Assembly: GCA_951406725.2 (NCBI GenBank)
Contig: OX597814.1
Location: 131,750,001 to 131,814,000 of the forward strand
Source: Octopus vulgaris
Taxonomy: Eukaryota
DNA length: 64,000 nucleotides
Direction: 5' to 3'
Shown here piece by piece: positions 1 to 16,759 of the stretch. How positions within the stretch are numbered: the stretch's first letter is position 1; each line of letters opens with the position of its first letter. The notes under the pieces were generated by a model. That model saw only the letters and a list, made by a program, of their open reading frames with translations. It ran no database searches and had not been told where the DNA came from. The position numbers and the translations under genes were made by a program.

Positions 1-82
1 CTCGACTAAAGGCGTTGCTCCAGCATGGCCACAGTCAAATGACTGAAACAAGTAAAAGAGATAAAAAAAGAGAAAAGAGAGA
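1..82 (+). mobile_element. 3' tail of tRNA-derived SINE (family also at 772-1470 and 38539-38950)
   Basis: AAAGGCGTTGCTCCAGCATGGCCACAGTCAAATGACTGAAACAAGTAAAAGAG matches the tail of the complete copy at ~38883-38947. Confidence 0.7.
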
Positions 83-282
83 AATATATATATACATATA
101 TTAGAAAAAAACCCACCTTTTATCAATTCAAAATGAGCAATTATATTACACGATCTAGAAAATTACATACAATAGAAATATTAAATTAAAATAATAATAA
201 AGTAAATTGCAAAAAAAAAAATTGAATTAGTATTTCTAAATCGAATTTTTTCCCTGTAAGTTATGATTAATTTTCGCTCAAA

Positions 283-346
<64 letters not shown>

Positions 347-417
347 ATCCAAACAAGAAAACAGAAAAAAACACAGAAAAAAACACAGCAACGCGAGGAC
401 GTGGAACAATTAAAGTA

Positions 418-486
418 TTATTTGACGCTCAGGAAAGAAGGGAAGGCGGGTTTAACGTTTCGAGCGGAGCTCTTCGTCGGAAACAA
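418..486 (-). ncRNA. Type I hammerhead-ribozyme-like motif, probably from a Penelope-like element remnant
   Basis: Minus strand reads TTGTTT-CCGACGA-A-GAGC(TCC)GCTC-GAAA-CGTT...AGCG-TC-AAATAA. Stems I, II and III can be drawn with a GUC cleavage triplet. The core has CCGACGA instead of CUGANGA. Confidence 0.5.
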
Positions 487-535
487 GGAGAAGGAAAGAT
501 CCCGAGAAGGGAAGACAGAGGAAAAAATATTTTTG

Positions 536-590
<55 letters not shown>

Positions 591-771
591 ATTTCGGGAT
601 GGTCATTTTTTCTTTTGGGCCAAATTAACACACACACTATACATTCACAGATGTGAGGCGAAAAATTTCCGGACAGTGGACATGAGATAGAATAAGTTCA
701 GTAATAAACAAGTAAAGAAGGAATATGTAGTGTTTATTTCGGAAAAAATGAAATTTACAAAAATGACCATA

Positions 772-1034
772 GGCGCAGGCGTGGCTATGTGGAAGGAAAG
801 CTTGCTCCCCAACCTCATGGTTCCGGACTCAGCTCCACTGCGTGGTACCTTGGGCAAGTGTCTTCTACTATAGCCTGGGGCCGACAAGAACCTTGTGAGT
901 GGATTTGGTAGACGGTAACTGAAAAAAGCACGTCGTATATATATATATATGTACTTTATTTAAAGCATATTACTCTACCACTGGTATTTGAGTACTCTTT
1001 TTTCCACCTTGTTTCACATTTATGTGTTTACTCC

Positions 1035-1109
<75 letters not shown>

Positions 1110-1470
1110 ATGTGTGTGTGTATGTGATATATATACCAGAGTAAGCATATAAATGTGAAACAAGGTGGAAAAAAGAGTACTCAACTACCAGAGGTAGAGT
1201 TACATGCTTTATTTAAAAGCAGTAGAAATATAACAAAAGTATATATATATACACACACACACATACTTATATGTATATATTTGTGTGTCTGTGGTTCTCC
1301 CCCACCATCGCTTGGCAACCGACGTTGATGTGTTTACGTCCCCGTCAAAAGAGACCTATAGAATAAGCACTAGGCCTACAAAGAATAAGTTCTGGAGTAG
1401 ATTTGCTTCATTAAAGGGGGTGCTCCAGCTTAGCGTTAGTCAAATAACTGAAACTAATAAAAGAAAAAAA
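772..1470 (+). mobile_element. tRNA-derived SINE interrupted by microsatellites and an inverted repeat
   Basis: Head GGCGCAGGCGTGGCTATGTGG...GGTTCCGGACTCAGCTCCAC at 772-935 and tail at ~1285-1470. Both are colinear with the copy at 38539-38950. Confidence 0.7.
962..1210. repeat. Inverted repeat with ~76-bp arms around a (TA)n/(TG)n spacer
   Basis: 962-1038 (AAAGCATATTACTCTACC...TTTACTCCGGTA) is the reverse complement of 1133-1210 (TACCAGAGTAAGC...GTTACATGCTTT), with a few mismatches. Confidence 0.8.
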
Positions 1471-1544
1471 TGGATCCCGAAATGCAACAATATCTGCTTT
1501 ACCGCGCGACTTCACATCAGGAATCTTGTAACAGATTCATAAAT

Positions 1545-1637
<93 letters not shown>

Positions 1638-1709
1638 ATATTTTGTGAAATTTGATTTACTATTTCTAAATTGAATTTTTCCCTGTAAGTTTGGAATAAT
1701 ATTCCCTCA

Positions 1710-1779
<70 letters not shown>

Positions 1780-1835
1780 TAGTTTTATTTTTATAGCGTG
1801 CTTTCACTTCACTACCGAGTGAATAATACCAAGAC

Positions 1836-1895
<60 letters not shown>

Positions 1896-2153
1896 CAATA
1901 TATATATATACATATATATATATATATTTAAGTAGGTGAATGAATTATCCTATGTTTATCGTCAGCATGGAAAATTCGTTTAACCGAAACCTGGGTCGCA
2001 AATTCACGTCAGAAACACGGTTTAAGCGACCTGTCAAGGGTAGAAACTCCGGGTTCATGTGTAGAAATTTGTGTGTTGTATATGAATAAATGAAAGAATA
2101 AAGTCGGACGAAAAGTAAAGGAATTTTGTTAATATCTTCGACTCTATTCTTTC

Positions 2154-2219
<66 letters not shown>

Positions 2220-2267
2220 CTTAAAATTAACGTAGAAAGCTAATTGAAAATATTAATTTTATTACAG

Positions 2268-2801
2268 GATCTCTCTCAAGCTGTAATCTTTCTCTTCTTG
2301 AACTTCATCTTGATTGTGTCTTCGGCATCAATTCCAACTCAATGTAAAATACCAACAGACTTGAAAGTCCGCTACGACGGCTTGTCCAAAGCAGACGTTG
2401 ACAATCGATTTTTTCTGCCAGCTGAAATGGCCCCAGCCGAAAGTAACCAGACAACACTGACCGATGGTGATAAAAAGTGCCCAGCATCGCCTGCATCTAT
2501 TGGTAAAATCCGCGAACGTTCCACTTGTCCTTGGTACTTGAACATTATTAATGATTCAACAATTTTCCCTCCATCACGCAGTGAAGCGGTATGTCGCTGT
2601 AGAAAGTGTTTAGAATCTAACAGCACCAAGCAGCAATGTTCGACTGTATATACTAAAATGACTGTCCTGAAACGTACAGGTGAATGTGTTGATGGACTGT
2701 ATGTTTATGAGCCACATGTGATTGATGTAGCCACAGCCTGTGTGTGTGTACGGAAGGTTGATGGCATTGCAGATAGAAATGGAGACGGCTATGAGACGTA
2801 A
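2268..2801 (+). CDS. IL17: Interleukin-17-like protein, copy 1, coding exon 2 (exon 1 with the ATG not seen, presumably upstream of the window)
   Basis: Acceptor TTTTATTACAG ends at 2267. The exon encodes a hydrophobic signal peptide ([15 protein letters not shown]) and the IL-17 cystine-knot pattern RSTCPW...EAVCRCRKC...C..V...LKR...C..G...VATACVC. It is 534 nt long, like the four paralogs. Confidence 0.92.
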   Translation, partial: DLSQAVIFLFLNFILIVSSASIPTQCKIPTDLKVRYDGLSKADVDNRFFLPAEMAPAESNQTTLTDGDKKCPASPASIGKIRERSTCPWYLNIINDSTIFPPSRSEAVCRCRKCLESNSTKQQCSTVYTKMTVLKRTGECVDGLYVYEPHVIDVATACVCVRKVDGIADRNGDGYET

Positions 2802-2828
2802 AAATCGACCAACTGCCAAAATGTTCAC

Positions 2829-2890
2829 TGCGTGTAACGCAAAAGTTATTCATAGTATCATGGAAAAACAAGTTGACCACCGTGTGGTTA
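2829..2890 (+). promoter_or_regulatory. Proximal 3'UTR hairpins of copy 1, including a CDE-like triloop stem
   Basis: TGCGT-GTA-ACGCA (2829-2841) and TGACCAC-CGT-GTGGTTA (2874-2890). Both stems are identical in all five copies. Confidence 0.6.
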
Positions 2891-2940
2891 TTATTATAGT
2901 TGGTATTATTATCATATTTATTATTATTATTATTATTATT

Positions 2941-3470
2941 GAGTGAGAGAGCAGTTCATGCCATCAAAGTGACACTGGGGTAAAATATACGAAGCCCAAT
3001 ATACCCATCATGACTACCCGTCTGATAAAGGTACACCAGGCACATGCATCACAACCATATGTGCGCGACATGGGGATCTCATATCAAGATAAACAGCACA
3101 TGACCTTGCAGGTGGGGCCCAGTTAGAATTTTCTTCAGGTTGAGTAGCCCATCCCGCTCAAAAGGTCCCTGAATAAGGGTTGTTTAAGGATGTTGAAAGA
3201 ACCACCCATGTTTCCAGAGGTGAACTATTCAAACCCCAAAGAATCCCTCTCAACACATGGCTTTGATGCTCCCCCACTACTTCTGCTCGTGATCAGAGAT
3301 GCACATATCGTCAGCCACCAAGGGACATGCTCAACTGGTTAAGGTCAAACAACTGACAAGCAAATCTGTAGTATTGAGCAGAATATTTGCTGTAGCCCAT
3401 CTTTTATACCAAGACAAAACAATGTACATGATAACACTTCCAATCAGTTAAGATCAGAAGTCACGAGAGC
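2941..3470. mobile_element. ~530-bp interspersed repeat embedded in (TTA)n in the 3' region of copy 1
   Basis: Higher-complexity block bounded on both sides by (TTA)n and absent from copies 2-5. It is possibly a fragment of a (TAA)n-associated non-LTR element; the family is not established. Confidence 0.55.
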
Positions 3471-3471
3471 C

Positions 3472-3725
<254 letters not shown>

Positions 3726-4092
3726 CACGCAAATTCACAGATAAAATATATATTTCAAAATTAATAAATAAATAAATTCATATATATATATATATACACA
3801 CACACACATATATATATATACACACATATATATATACATACACACACACACACACATATATGTATATATATGTGTATATATATCAAACTTGCTGGAATGA
3901 AAACAAATGTAGATTATTCATTAATACGTTAAAAGGAAAGGCTCCATTTTGCAGCACTCCGACTTTGTCGTTTCTAACCATTAGATTGTGAAACTCGCTC
4001 ACTTTCTTTTGCGTATTCACAGTCGAAAGATTTTTATTATTGCTGGATATCGTTCATAGATACATACATATAAATACATGTGTTGAAATATA

Positions 4093-4222
<130 letters not shown>

Positions 4223-4266
4223 TATAAATATAAATATATGTATATATATATAATATTTATATATAG

Positions 4267-4364
<98 letters not shown>

Positions 4365-4422
4365 TATAAATATAAATATATGTATATATATATAATATTT
4401 ATATATAGTTATATATATATTT

Positions 4423-4464
<42 letters not shown>

Positions 4465-4471
4465 GTATATA

Positions 4472-4512
<41 letters not shown>

Positions 4513-4516
4513 GATA

Positions 4517-4578
<62 letters not shown>

Positions 4579-4595
4579 ATATATATTTATACATT

Positions 4596-4649
<54 letters not shown>

Positions 4650-4688
4650 TATATTTATACACACATATATAGATACATAAATGTAGAA

Positions 4689-4747
<59 letters not shown>

Positions 4748-4764
4748 CATATATACATATATAC

Positions 4765-4818
<54 letters not shown>

Positions 4819-5049
4819 ACATGCGTATATCCTAAATAAATTTAAATTAAAGAAATATTTACACGCATGTATAACAATATAGAATATTTATATTCCTTAT
4901 ACATTTTCAATATGCAATATACAACGAATTTCATAGTTTGTACATAATTTCATATGCTTTTATAATAATATCTTTGTAAATGAGAATTTTGTATATTTTT
5001 ATAAGAATTTATTTCTCAATAATATTATGTTTAATATAATTTAATATAA

Positions 5050-5149
5050 TCCTATTCTATATATTTCATAAATAAAGGGAGCAAGGAGCGACCAGTTTAT
5101 ATCGTGTATAAATTATAATTGTAATATAAAATTGCATTCAACGAATAAA
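5050..5149 (+). terminator. Distal 3'UTR stem-loop and poly(A) signal, copy 1
   Basis: Core TATTT-CAT-AAATA within 5050-5086 and AATAAA at 5144-5149. They lie in an AT-rich block conserved after all five genes. Confidence 0.6.
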
Positions 5150-5909
5150 ATATAATGTAATCTTAAATGTTCCACCTTTTTATTTGTTTCTTATGTATTA
5201 TACTCTTGCCTAAAGTAAATCATATATTCTTTGGATACAGTTGTGGACAGCTGGATGTCCCATTCAAATCTTTTATCCGTGTTTTTTTTCTGCGGCTTTT
5301 TTTATACCACTTTTGTTTTGTTAGTGTACTCGGTTATTAGTTGGAGGTAAAGGGATTTTTGAACAGTGTCTGTTCTGTATATACATATATTATGTCGAGA
5401 TGAAGTCTCAGCCGCCTTATTTATAGTGAGTGTATATACATAAAAGTATGAGCAACGAGAGACATATCACTTCGTGTGTTTCTTTCTCTCTGAATCCACT
5501 GCTTTAAAATTATTTAATGGAAGAGTATGCGTACATCTGTGGAAATACCTATTTCGCGATTCAATATCAAGTACGATGAACTCTTTGGTGCCACCTGATC
5601 ATCCACAGACGAAAATAACTATTTTGCTCTTTCGAAATTGTGTAAAGAAATATTGGGTTGTCAGGAAAGTTTGTGCCGATTTATAGTAGCTTACATTTCG
5701 ACTTATTTTAGAACATGGTTGAGTTCATAAAATAGGATTTGACTACACCTCCATTTAGAGCACAGTTTAAAATATCTTTTCATGGAAGAAGGTTTATGTT
5801 GCTATAACCTGTGTTAATTCTGTAACTCTTTAAAATGGAAGATAAGAAAGTTAATTTTCGGCACTTGATGCTTTGGGAACCAGACAAATTGCTGCAGCTC
5901 GGCTGTGAT

Positions 5910-6070
5910 GCTTCACTTATTGGACTGCGAGCATACAGAGGCATCACCTTGAAGAGTTATAGTTGAACAAAGCCACATCATCACTTATGGTTAGCTTTAT
6001 CTACTTAAGCCTGTTAAGTATTCTATCGGTATCTTTTATGCAGTCACTAATCTGCCGTGACGTAAGTAAT
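5910..6070 (-). mobile_element. Old degenerate SINE fragment, paralogous to ~46948-47117 and ~61410-61570
   Basis: TTCACTTATTGGACTGCGAGCATAC...TATTCTATCGGTATCTT...GTGACGTAAG resembles the reverse complement of the SINE tail and aligns with the sequence preceding the LINEs in units 4 and 5. Confidence 0.5.
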
Positions 6071-6084
6071 GCATACATACATAC

Positions 6085-9000
6085 ACACCAACAAACCAGC
6101 CCAACCAAACAACACCACCACCAGCGCCACCAAGAACAACACCATCATCACCACCACCACCACCAACAACCCAAAAGGTAGAAGAGAAAACCAAAAAGAC
6201 TTATACCCCACCCCCAAAATCCCATACACCACATCTCAACTGATACAAACCAGCACCAACACCACCAACAACAAAATCATCATACTCAGAAATAGCCCTC
6301 AATACCCTACCCTTCTCATCTTCTGATTCTTCCGACATGTCTTCAGATGAAGACGACACAGAAGATTGGCAAGCGGCCACAGGGAGAAGGAGAAAAAGGG
6401 GGTAAAAAAGAATAGAGAAGCAGACAAACAAAGCAGGGTGGTTTACCACTCCCGAAACCAAAACACCCGCAGAAAACAAAAGCGTCAAAAACACACTAAC
6501 ACCAAACCCCACAACAATGTTGGCAGCTATAAACATCAACGATCCAGACCTAATGGAATACATTAGGTCAAACACCAAAATAACGGAAAATGATACCAAA
6601 ACAAAGAATCACCCACGCACAACACATTAAAATCGTACACATAACACAAAACACACACAGTACACTAAAATCTCTCTACCCGGATGCAGTAGGGAGATTT
6701 CAAAAATACCTGTCTAAAAAACTATACAAAAACCTTCTGGGAAAAAAATCTTAATGCTCAAAATAGGTAGTATAAATGTACGTGGCTTGGGTCGCCTTGG
6801 TAACAAGGCCACCTGTTAAATGACATCAAGTCACAGAATCTGCATATCATAGCCATCGGCGAGACCAGACTCCACAACTCGAGGGCTCTCCAGCACATGT
6901 TCGGTGAACATTTTGTTTTTTTTTCTCCATGTTTGCCGAGAATGGGCGGAGGTAGCACCGCGGTGCTTCTTCGGAAGAGTCTCGACCTCAAAATAAGAGC
7001 AATTTTCCTAAACCCGGAGGATAGGCTGGTCGTCTTGGATGGCGATGGCAGTAATGGGTGTGATTTTCGACTGATAACAGTTTATGCACCGTCGTTTACA
7101 GGTCGGCCAGATTTCTTTCGACGTCTAGAAGTTTTCCTCGGAACATCTCGACCTTTACTTTTAGTGGGGGATTGGAATGCTACCCTGGATACGCATCTAG
7201 ACTACATGAGCAGAGTTAGTAATAGGAGGGGATGTAAATGCCTCAAAGACCTGCTCAGAGGTTTCAAACTGTCTAACAAATACCGACTGGACCACCCGTA
7301 TGTGCTAATGTGGTCATAGAGTAACCGCATCGGGTCGTCCAGGCTTACAGGGACCGGATTAGTGCTATCGTCAACAATAGATGGTGGTATGCCCTAAAGA
7401 AAGCAATTAAAACAGAATCGGTTAGGTACAGTAAGGCCCTAGCATTAAACCGAAATAGAATAGAGAGAGACTTAGTGAAGAAATTAGGAGAGGCACTTAG
7501 AACTAGCATCACATCCAACGTACTGGCAGTGAAGTTGGCCCTCGACCAACATTTCAACGCCAAACACGAAGGATGCGTACTCTGAGGAACGAAGGAGTTG
7601 GAGTCGCCCGAGAGGCCCGAGTGGCGGAGGCGCACGAAGCAACAAAGTCACCATTAGATCTCTGACAGATGAACAGGGGTGCGAATTACTCGAACCTGAA
7701 AGGATGTGTGACGCCTTTCAACAACACTTTGCCCGACTATTCGGGACAACTGGTGGGTCAGAACGCAGAGTGGACTTTAGTGCCTGTCTGCATAGTCTGC
7801 CACGACTCTCGGCAAGAGAAGCGGAGTGTTATGAAAGACCCATCACAGTCGCGGATGTACGGGATGCGATGGCAGGCTGCACGGGAGACAAGTCGCCAGG
7901 CTTGAATGGTCTGCCCTACGAACTTTATTGTCATATGCCTGACTTGTTTGGAGGCGTCTTGGCAGCTCTGTACTGCAACTGGCCGCAAAACGGGAGTATC
8001 CTCGTCTCTGTAAAGCGAGGAGCGGTGGCACTGCTAAAGAAAGATCCAAACAAGGGGAACGTCATAGATAACTTCAGGCCCATCATTCTGCTCAATGCAG
8101 ATTTGAAGATTTTGGCCAAGGTGTTAGCCGAGAGGTTGCGCTTGTCATCGACAAACTGATCGACAAGGCGCAAACGTGCGCTGTGACGGATATGAGTATC
8201 CATGACAACCTCCTTAAGGAACCAGGAATAGGTGGGACGCTGATCAATTTGGATCAATCAAAAACTTTCGATAGGGTAGACCATCACTACTTGGAGGCTG
8301 TCCTTAGAGCGGCTGGTTTCGATCCCGTCTTCCGCGGTTGGATCGCTGCCTTATGTAGCGGCATCTGCTCGGTAGTTCGCGTAAACAGTCATCTATCCAG
8401 ACCATTTAACATCACGCGTTCGATACGTCAAGGATGCCCACTCTCGTCACTTCCGTACGTATTGACTATTGAGCCACTACTGCGGAAGCTGGCGACGCTG
8501 AGGGGCATCCCGCGAGAGCTGGGATGCTGGGGTAGCGTGTCCGCATACGCGGACGATGTTCACGTCATAGTGTCGAGCCACAGGTATATCGAGCTGGTCG
8601 GCGAAACATTTAAGAATACGAAGCATTCTGGAGCAAAATTTAACCGGGAAAAGTCAGTGGGCTCACGGCTCGGCACCTGGAGAAGCAAACTCATGCCGTC
8701 AAACAGCATCTCCATCGTGGTGGGACGCTGGACCGATGGACCGGTTAAATTGCTCGGAGTCTGGTTCGGTCTGGACCTCCAAATGGAGAAGAACTAGGGC
8801 GAGATAATGACTAGGGTGGCCACTCTCATCCAGCAATGGGCCGAGCGGAAGCTATTCCTAAAAGGTCGGGCGGAGGTGGCGAACGCTTACATCGCATCCG
8901 TCATCGATTACCGTCTGACCGTCGTGCCTTGTCCCGACCCTACCTTCACCAAATTGGAACGTATACTCTTCCGCTTTTTGTGGATGGGAATCGTTCCGAT

Positions 9001-10177
9001 GGTTAGGCGATCAATTTGCTGTCAACACCCACTAAAAGGAGGGAGGGGCATACCATGATTGGTGATGTGCAGACATGCGCTGAGTCTGCGACATCTCCGG
9101 CGATTGATAGACGACGGTGAATAGGTGTGGCCGCCGTTTGTGCAACGCGCTTTCCCGCACATCGTGTCTGTCCGAACTCTGGATCAAACAGAGACAGAGG
9201 CTAGGCGAATGGCACCACGAGTGCCGCCTTGTTTCAAGCAACTCTGCCGTCCGAGACCAAACTTGTGCGACTTCAATTCCACAAAGTCATTCTGTCGAGG
9301 ATTAGTAGAGGGGAGGAGCGACGACGTTCTCGGGCAGAATCTGGGCGTTGACGAGGAACACCTGACCCGCCTGTTCAGGACAACTTTCGGGCTGGGACCT
9401 ATGGACAATCACCAGAGATCCCTGACCTGGCAGTGCTATCGAGAAGCATTACCTGTTCGGGATAAGCTCTACAAGCATGGTTCGAGACACACCGGACTGA
9501 CTTGCCCGAGATGCGGTCAGAGCGATGAAACCGTTCCGCACGCACTCGTGCAGTGTCCAACCGTTTCGAACCTGTGGGCTTATGCCGAACAGGTGCTGTA
9601 ACGTGTGGGACGAGTTCGCTAGTCGGCCGAGTCTATCGTGAAAATTGCTCCGACATCTTCCCGTAACCGTGAAGGCAAGGCAGTCTTCATCGTACAGGTG
9701 GCCATGGTGAAAGAATGTGTGAAGTGGACTCGAGCGAAAGGTTTAGAGACAAACACTTTCCTCTCTGGCCAATTGCTCATCAACGTTTTCAAGTACCACT
9801 TGAAAAGGAAGGTGAGAATAGAGAAACAAGTTTTGTCTCGCGAAAGTTTCAATAAAAGGTGGGTGAATGTAGCAAAGATGATACGTGCAAATGACGAAAC
9901 TACATTGAGCATGATCTGTAAACCGAAAAAAAAGAGAAAGAAAGCACTTTGCAGTCATGTGTTTATTCCCTTCCTGCCTGAGGTTACCGTGGTCTTTTTC
10001 GTAGGCTTTTCTTTCCAAGGATAAACCTAATACACGAGCCCTTTTGATCGCTTTTTTTTCCTCAAGATCCTTTTTGATCGGAATTATATTTTTCTCCTCA
10101 TATCTATTTTCGAAAAGAAAAGCTCCACATTGTATTTTGTCCCTCTGTGTTCGGCTCTGTGTGGCTAATAAAGAAAC

Positions 10178-10179
<2 letters not shown>
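6085..10179 (+). mobile_element. 5'-truncated, decayed Tx1/L1-clade LINE, subfamily A
   Basis: Contains an ORF1 C-terminal remnant, an APE endonuclease (VYAPS...LVGDWNA, 6897-7319), RT (FRPIILLNADLKILAK, RQGCPLS, AYADD) and a C-terminal CPRCG...HALVQC zinc finger. It has many stops and frameshifts, and ends AATAAAGAAACTTA followed by (TCTA)n. Confidence 0.9.
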
Positions 10180-10271
<92 letters not shown>

Positions 10272-10766
10272 GCGTATCTTGCGAGGGTGCCATGACGACG
10301 GCGGTTGTGTGGGACACAATGGTGGAATGCTCGAGGGACAAATCGCCGGGTTTGGATGGTCTGCTCTGCGAGCTTTACAGTTGTATGCCAGACTTGCTTG
10401 GAGACGTCTTGGCAGCTCTGTACTGCCACAGGCAGCAAAACGGGAGCATCTCCGGTTTTGTGAGCCGAGGAGCTGCAACGCTGCTGACGAAAGATCCAAA
10501 CAAGGGGGACGTCATAGACAACTTTAGGCCTATCATTCTGCTCAATGCAGATTTGAAAATTTTGGCCAAGGTGTTAGCCAAGAGGTTGGCGCTTGTCATC
10601 GAGAAACTGGTCGACAAGGCGCAAACGTGCGCCGTGCCGGGCCGGAGCTTCCATGACAACCTCCATCAGGGTGGTTAAGGAACCTGGCATGGGTAGGACG
10701 TTGATCATTTTCGATCAATCCAAAGCTTTCTATAGGGTACACCATCGATACTTGGAGGCTGTCCTC
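10272..10766 (+). mobile_element. Internal RT fragment of a related Tx1/L1-clade LINE
   Basis: Encodes KSPGLDGLLCELY...FRPIILLNADLKILAKVLA...DQSKAF. It starts after (TCTA)n and ends abruptly at the upstream region of copy 2. Confidence 0.85.
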
Positions 10767-11153
10767 AAATCATTATCGTTGTTTATTCCAATGCAATAGA
10801 AAGTAAATTCTCCTATTATAGATGTGTACAGTAATGATACAATTAGAATCGACGTACGCTTAAAGTGGATTACTCTCTGCACAACAGTCACTGGACAAAA
10901 ATTTATAATACTATGTTAAAATAAGACAAAGTAGGCGAAACAGCGTATATCGCAGTTTAGATGACTCTGTATCATTGAGATCTACAATAACACTTACTGG
11001 ACTGGGTCATTATAGTAACGAAATTCTATAAATAATTTAAAAATTACACACAAAGTCCGCATTCACTAGGAAACAGGATGTATCCTCTTCCTTAGAGTTT
11101 GGAGTTCCACCAGTTAATATTTTTACATCAAATATTAACTGAACTACATTATA

Positions 11154-11220
11154 TGGAAATCCCATTTGTGGTTTTTACAACTGTATATATTCAGCATATT
11201 CAAGACAGTCGATGTCATTT
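11154..11220 (+). promoter_or_regulatory. Core promoter of IL-17 copy 2 (kB-like site, TATA box, Inr)
   Basis: TGGAAATCCC at 11154-11163 (GGGATTTCCA on the minus strand), TATATA at 11184 and TCATTT at 11215-11220. The predicted TSS is ~11217. Confidence 0.6.
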
Positions 11221-11346
11221 CAAAGCAAATCATTTTAAGAAACGAGTAAAATTTGTTACTGTCTCAGTGATTTTCTGACTTACAGCCGTACTGCTCTCAT
11301 CTTGCTTTCTATTTCGAAGAGAACAAACATTACAGTAAACAAAACG

Positions 11347-15397
<4,051 letters not shown>

Positions 15398-15424
15398 AAA
15401 TCGACCAACTGCTAAATTGTTCAA

Positions 15425-15486
15425 TGCGTGTTACGCAAAAGTTATTCATAGTATCATGGAACAACAAGTTGACCACTGTGTGGTTA
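15425..15486 (+). promoter_or_regulatory. Proximal 3'UTR hairpins of copy 2
   Basis: TGCGT-GTT-ACGCA (15425-15437) and TGACCAC-TGT-GTGGTTA (15470-15486), the latter with a UGU triloop. Confidence 0.6.
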
Positions 15487-15522
15487 TTATTATTACATTT
15501 ATTATTACATTTATTATTATAA

Positions 15523-15623
15523 TTCTTCTTCTTCTTCTTCTTCTTCTTCTTCTTCTTCTTCTTCTTCTTCTTCTTCTTCTTCTTCTTCTTCTTCTTCTTC
15601 TTCTTCTTCTTCTTCTTCTTCTT
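15523..15623. repeat. (TTC)n microsatellite in the 3'UTR of copy 2
   Basis: Perfect TTC run, not present at this position in the other copies. Confidence 0.9.
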
Positions 15624-16138
15624 GTTATTATATGAACCGATATGGAACTGACCGAAATTACGCATGCATTCGCGAATTGGAGGGTAACGTTCATGCGGCC
15701 AAATGAATGGAACGTATATATGTGTGTACGTCTTCATATATGCACATTCTGTCCTTTCTATATATTTTATTTCATTATATTCCAGTATATATACATATAC
15801 ATATATATTAATAATAATAATATGGCAATAAAAAGAATGAATGAGACCTCAATATTACATAAATAGAGGAATTTACCTATAAATATATTATGTGACAATT
15901 AGTTGGTTGTCATAATAAAACTCAGAATTTCGGATGCTGTGGCTGAAATCTGCTCCGGCTTCTCATCAGTTATTAAGACAAATAAGAACGCTATGAAAAA
16001 AAAAAAAAAAACGTTGAATAAAGTGAAATTACTCCAATAGGCGTGAGGAAAGTAAAACTGCGTTCCTAGAATCTGCATATGTATACATGTACACATATAC
16101 ATTCACGTACGCACACACACACATGTTTATATATATAT

Positions 16139-16171
<33 letters not shown>

Positions 16172-16328
16172 CACGCGTGTGCATATACATACAAACACAG
16201 ATATATATGTCTATACATACATACATACAATACACACATACACGCACATACGTATATATTCCCATGCACGCACATACACATTAAATATATACTACGCGCG
16301 TATATAGTCCGCTTAGCTCGAAGTAAGG

Positions 16329-16376
<48 letters not shown>

Positions 16377-16759
16377 TACAAACGTACATATATATATATA
16401 TATATAGATAGATATATAGATTTGTACGTAGGGCTAGCAATCTGGTGATACGTGTACCCCTTAACGTAGTTCTCGGGGAGATTCAACTTGACACAGTGTG
16501 TGACAAGGCTGGCCCATGTACATGCACACTGAAAAAACACTCGTATATACTGAATAAATTTAAATTAAAGACATATTTACACGCATGTATTGTTCCCTAT
16601 AGAATATTTTATATTCCATATACATTTTCAATATGCAATATATAATTAATTTCATAGTTTGTACATAATTTCATATTTTTATAATAATATCTTTGTAAAT
16701 AAGAATTTTGTATATTTTCATAAAAAAATTACTTCTCAACAATATTATGCTTAAAATAA

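Noticed and set aside
1-2267. Exon 1 of IL-17 copy 1
   Set aside because: I found no ACGATG|GTAAGT or kB/TATA block. The region aligns with the 3' part of the copy 2 intron, so exon 1 is probably upstream of the window.
2305-2880. Antisense ORFs recurring over each IL-17 exon
   Set aside because: They recur only because the sense exon is duplicated, and they show no independent coding signal.
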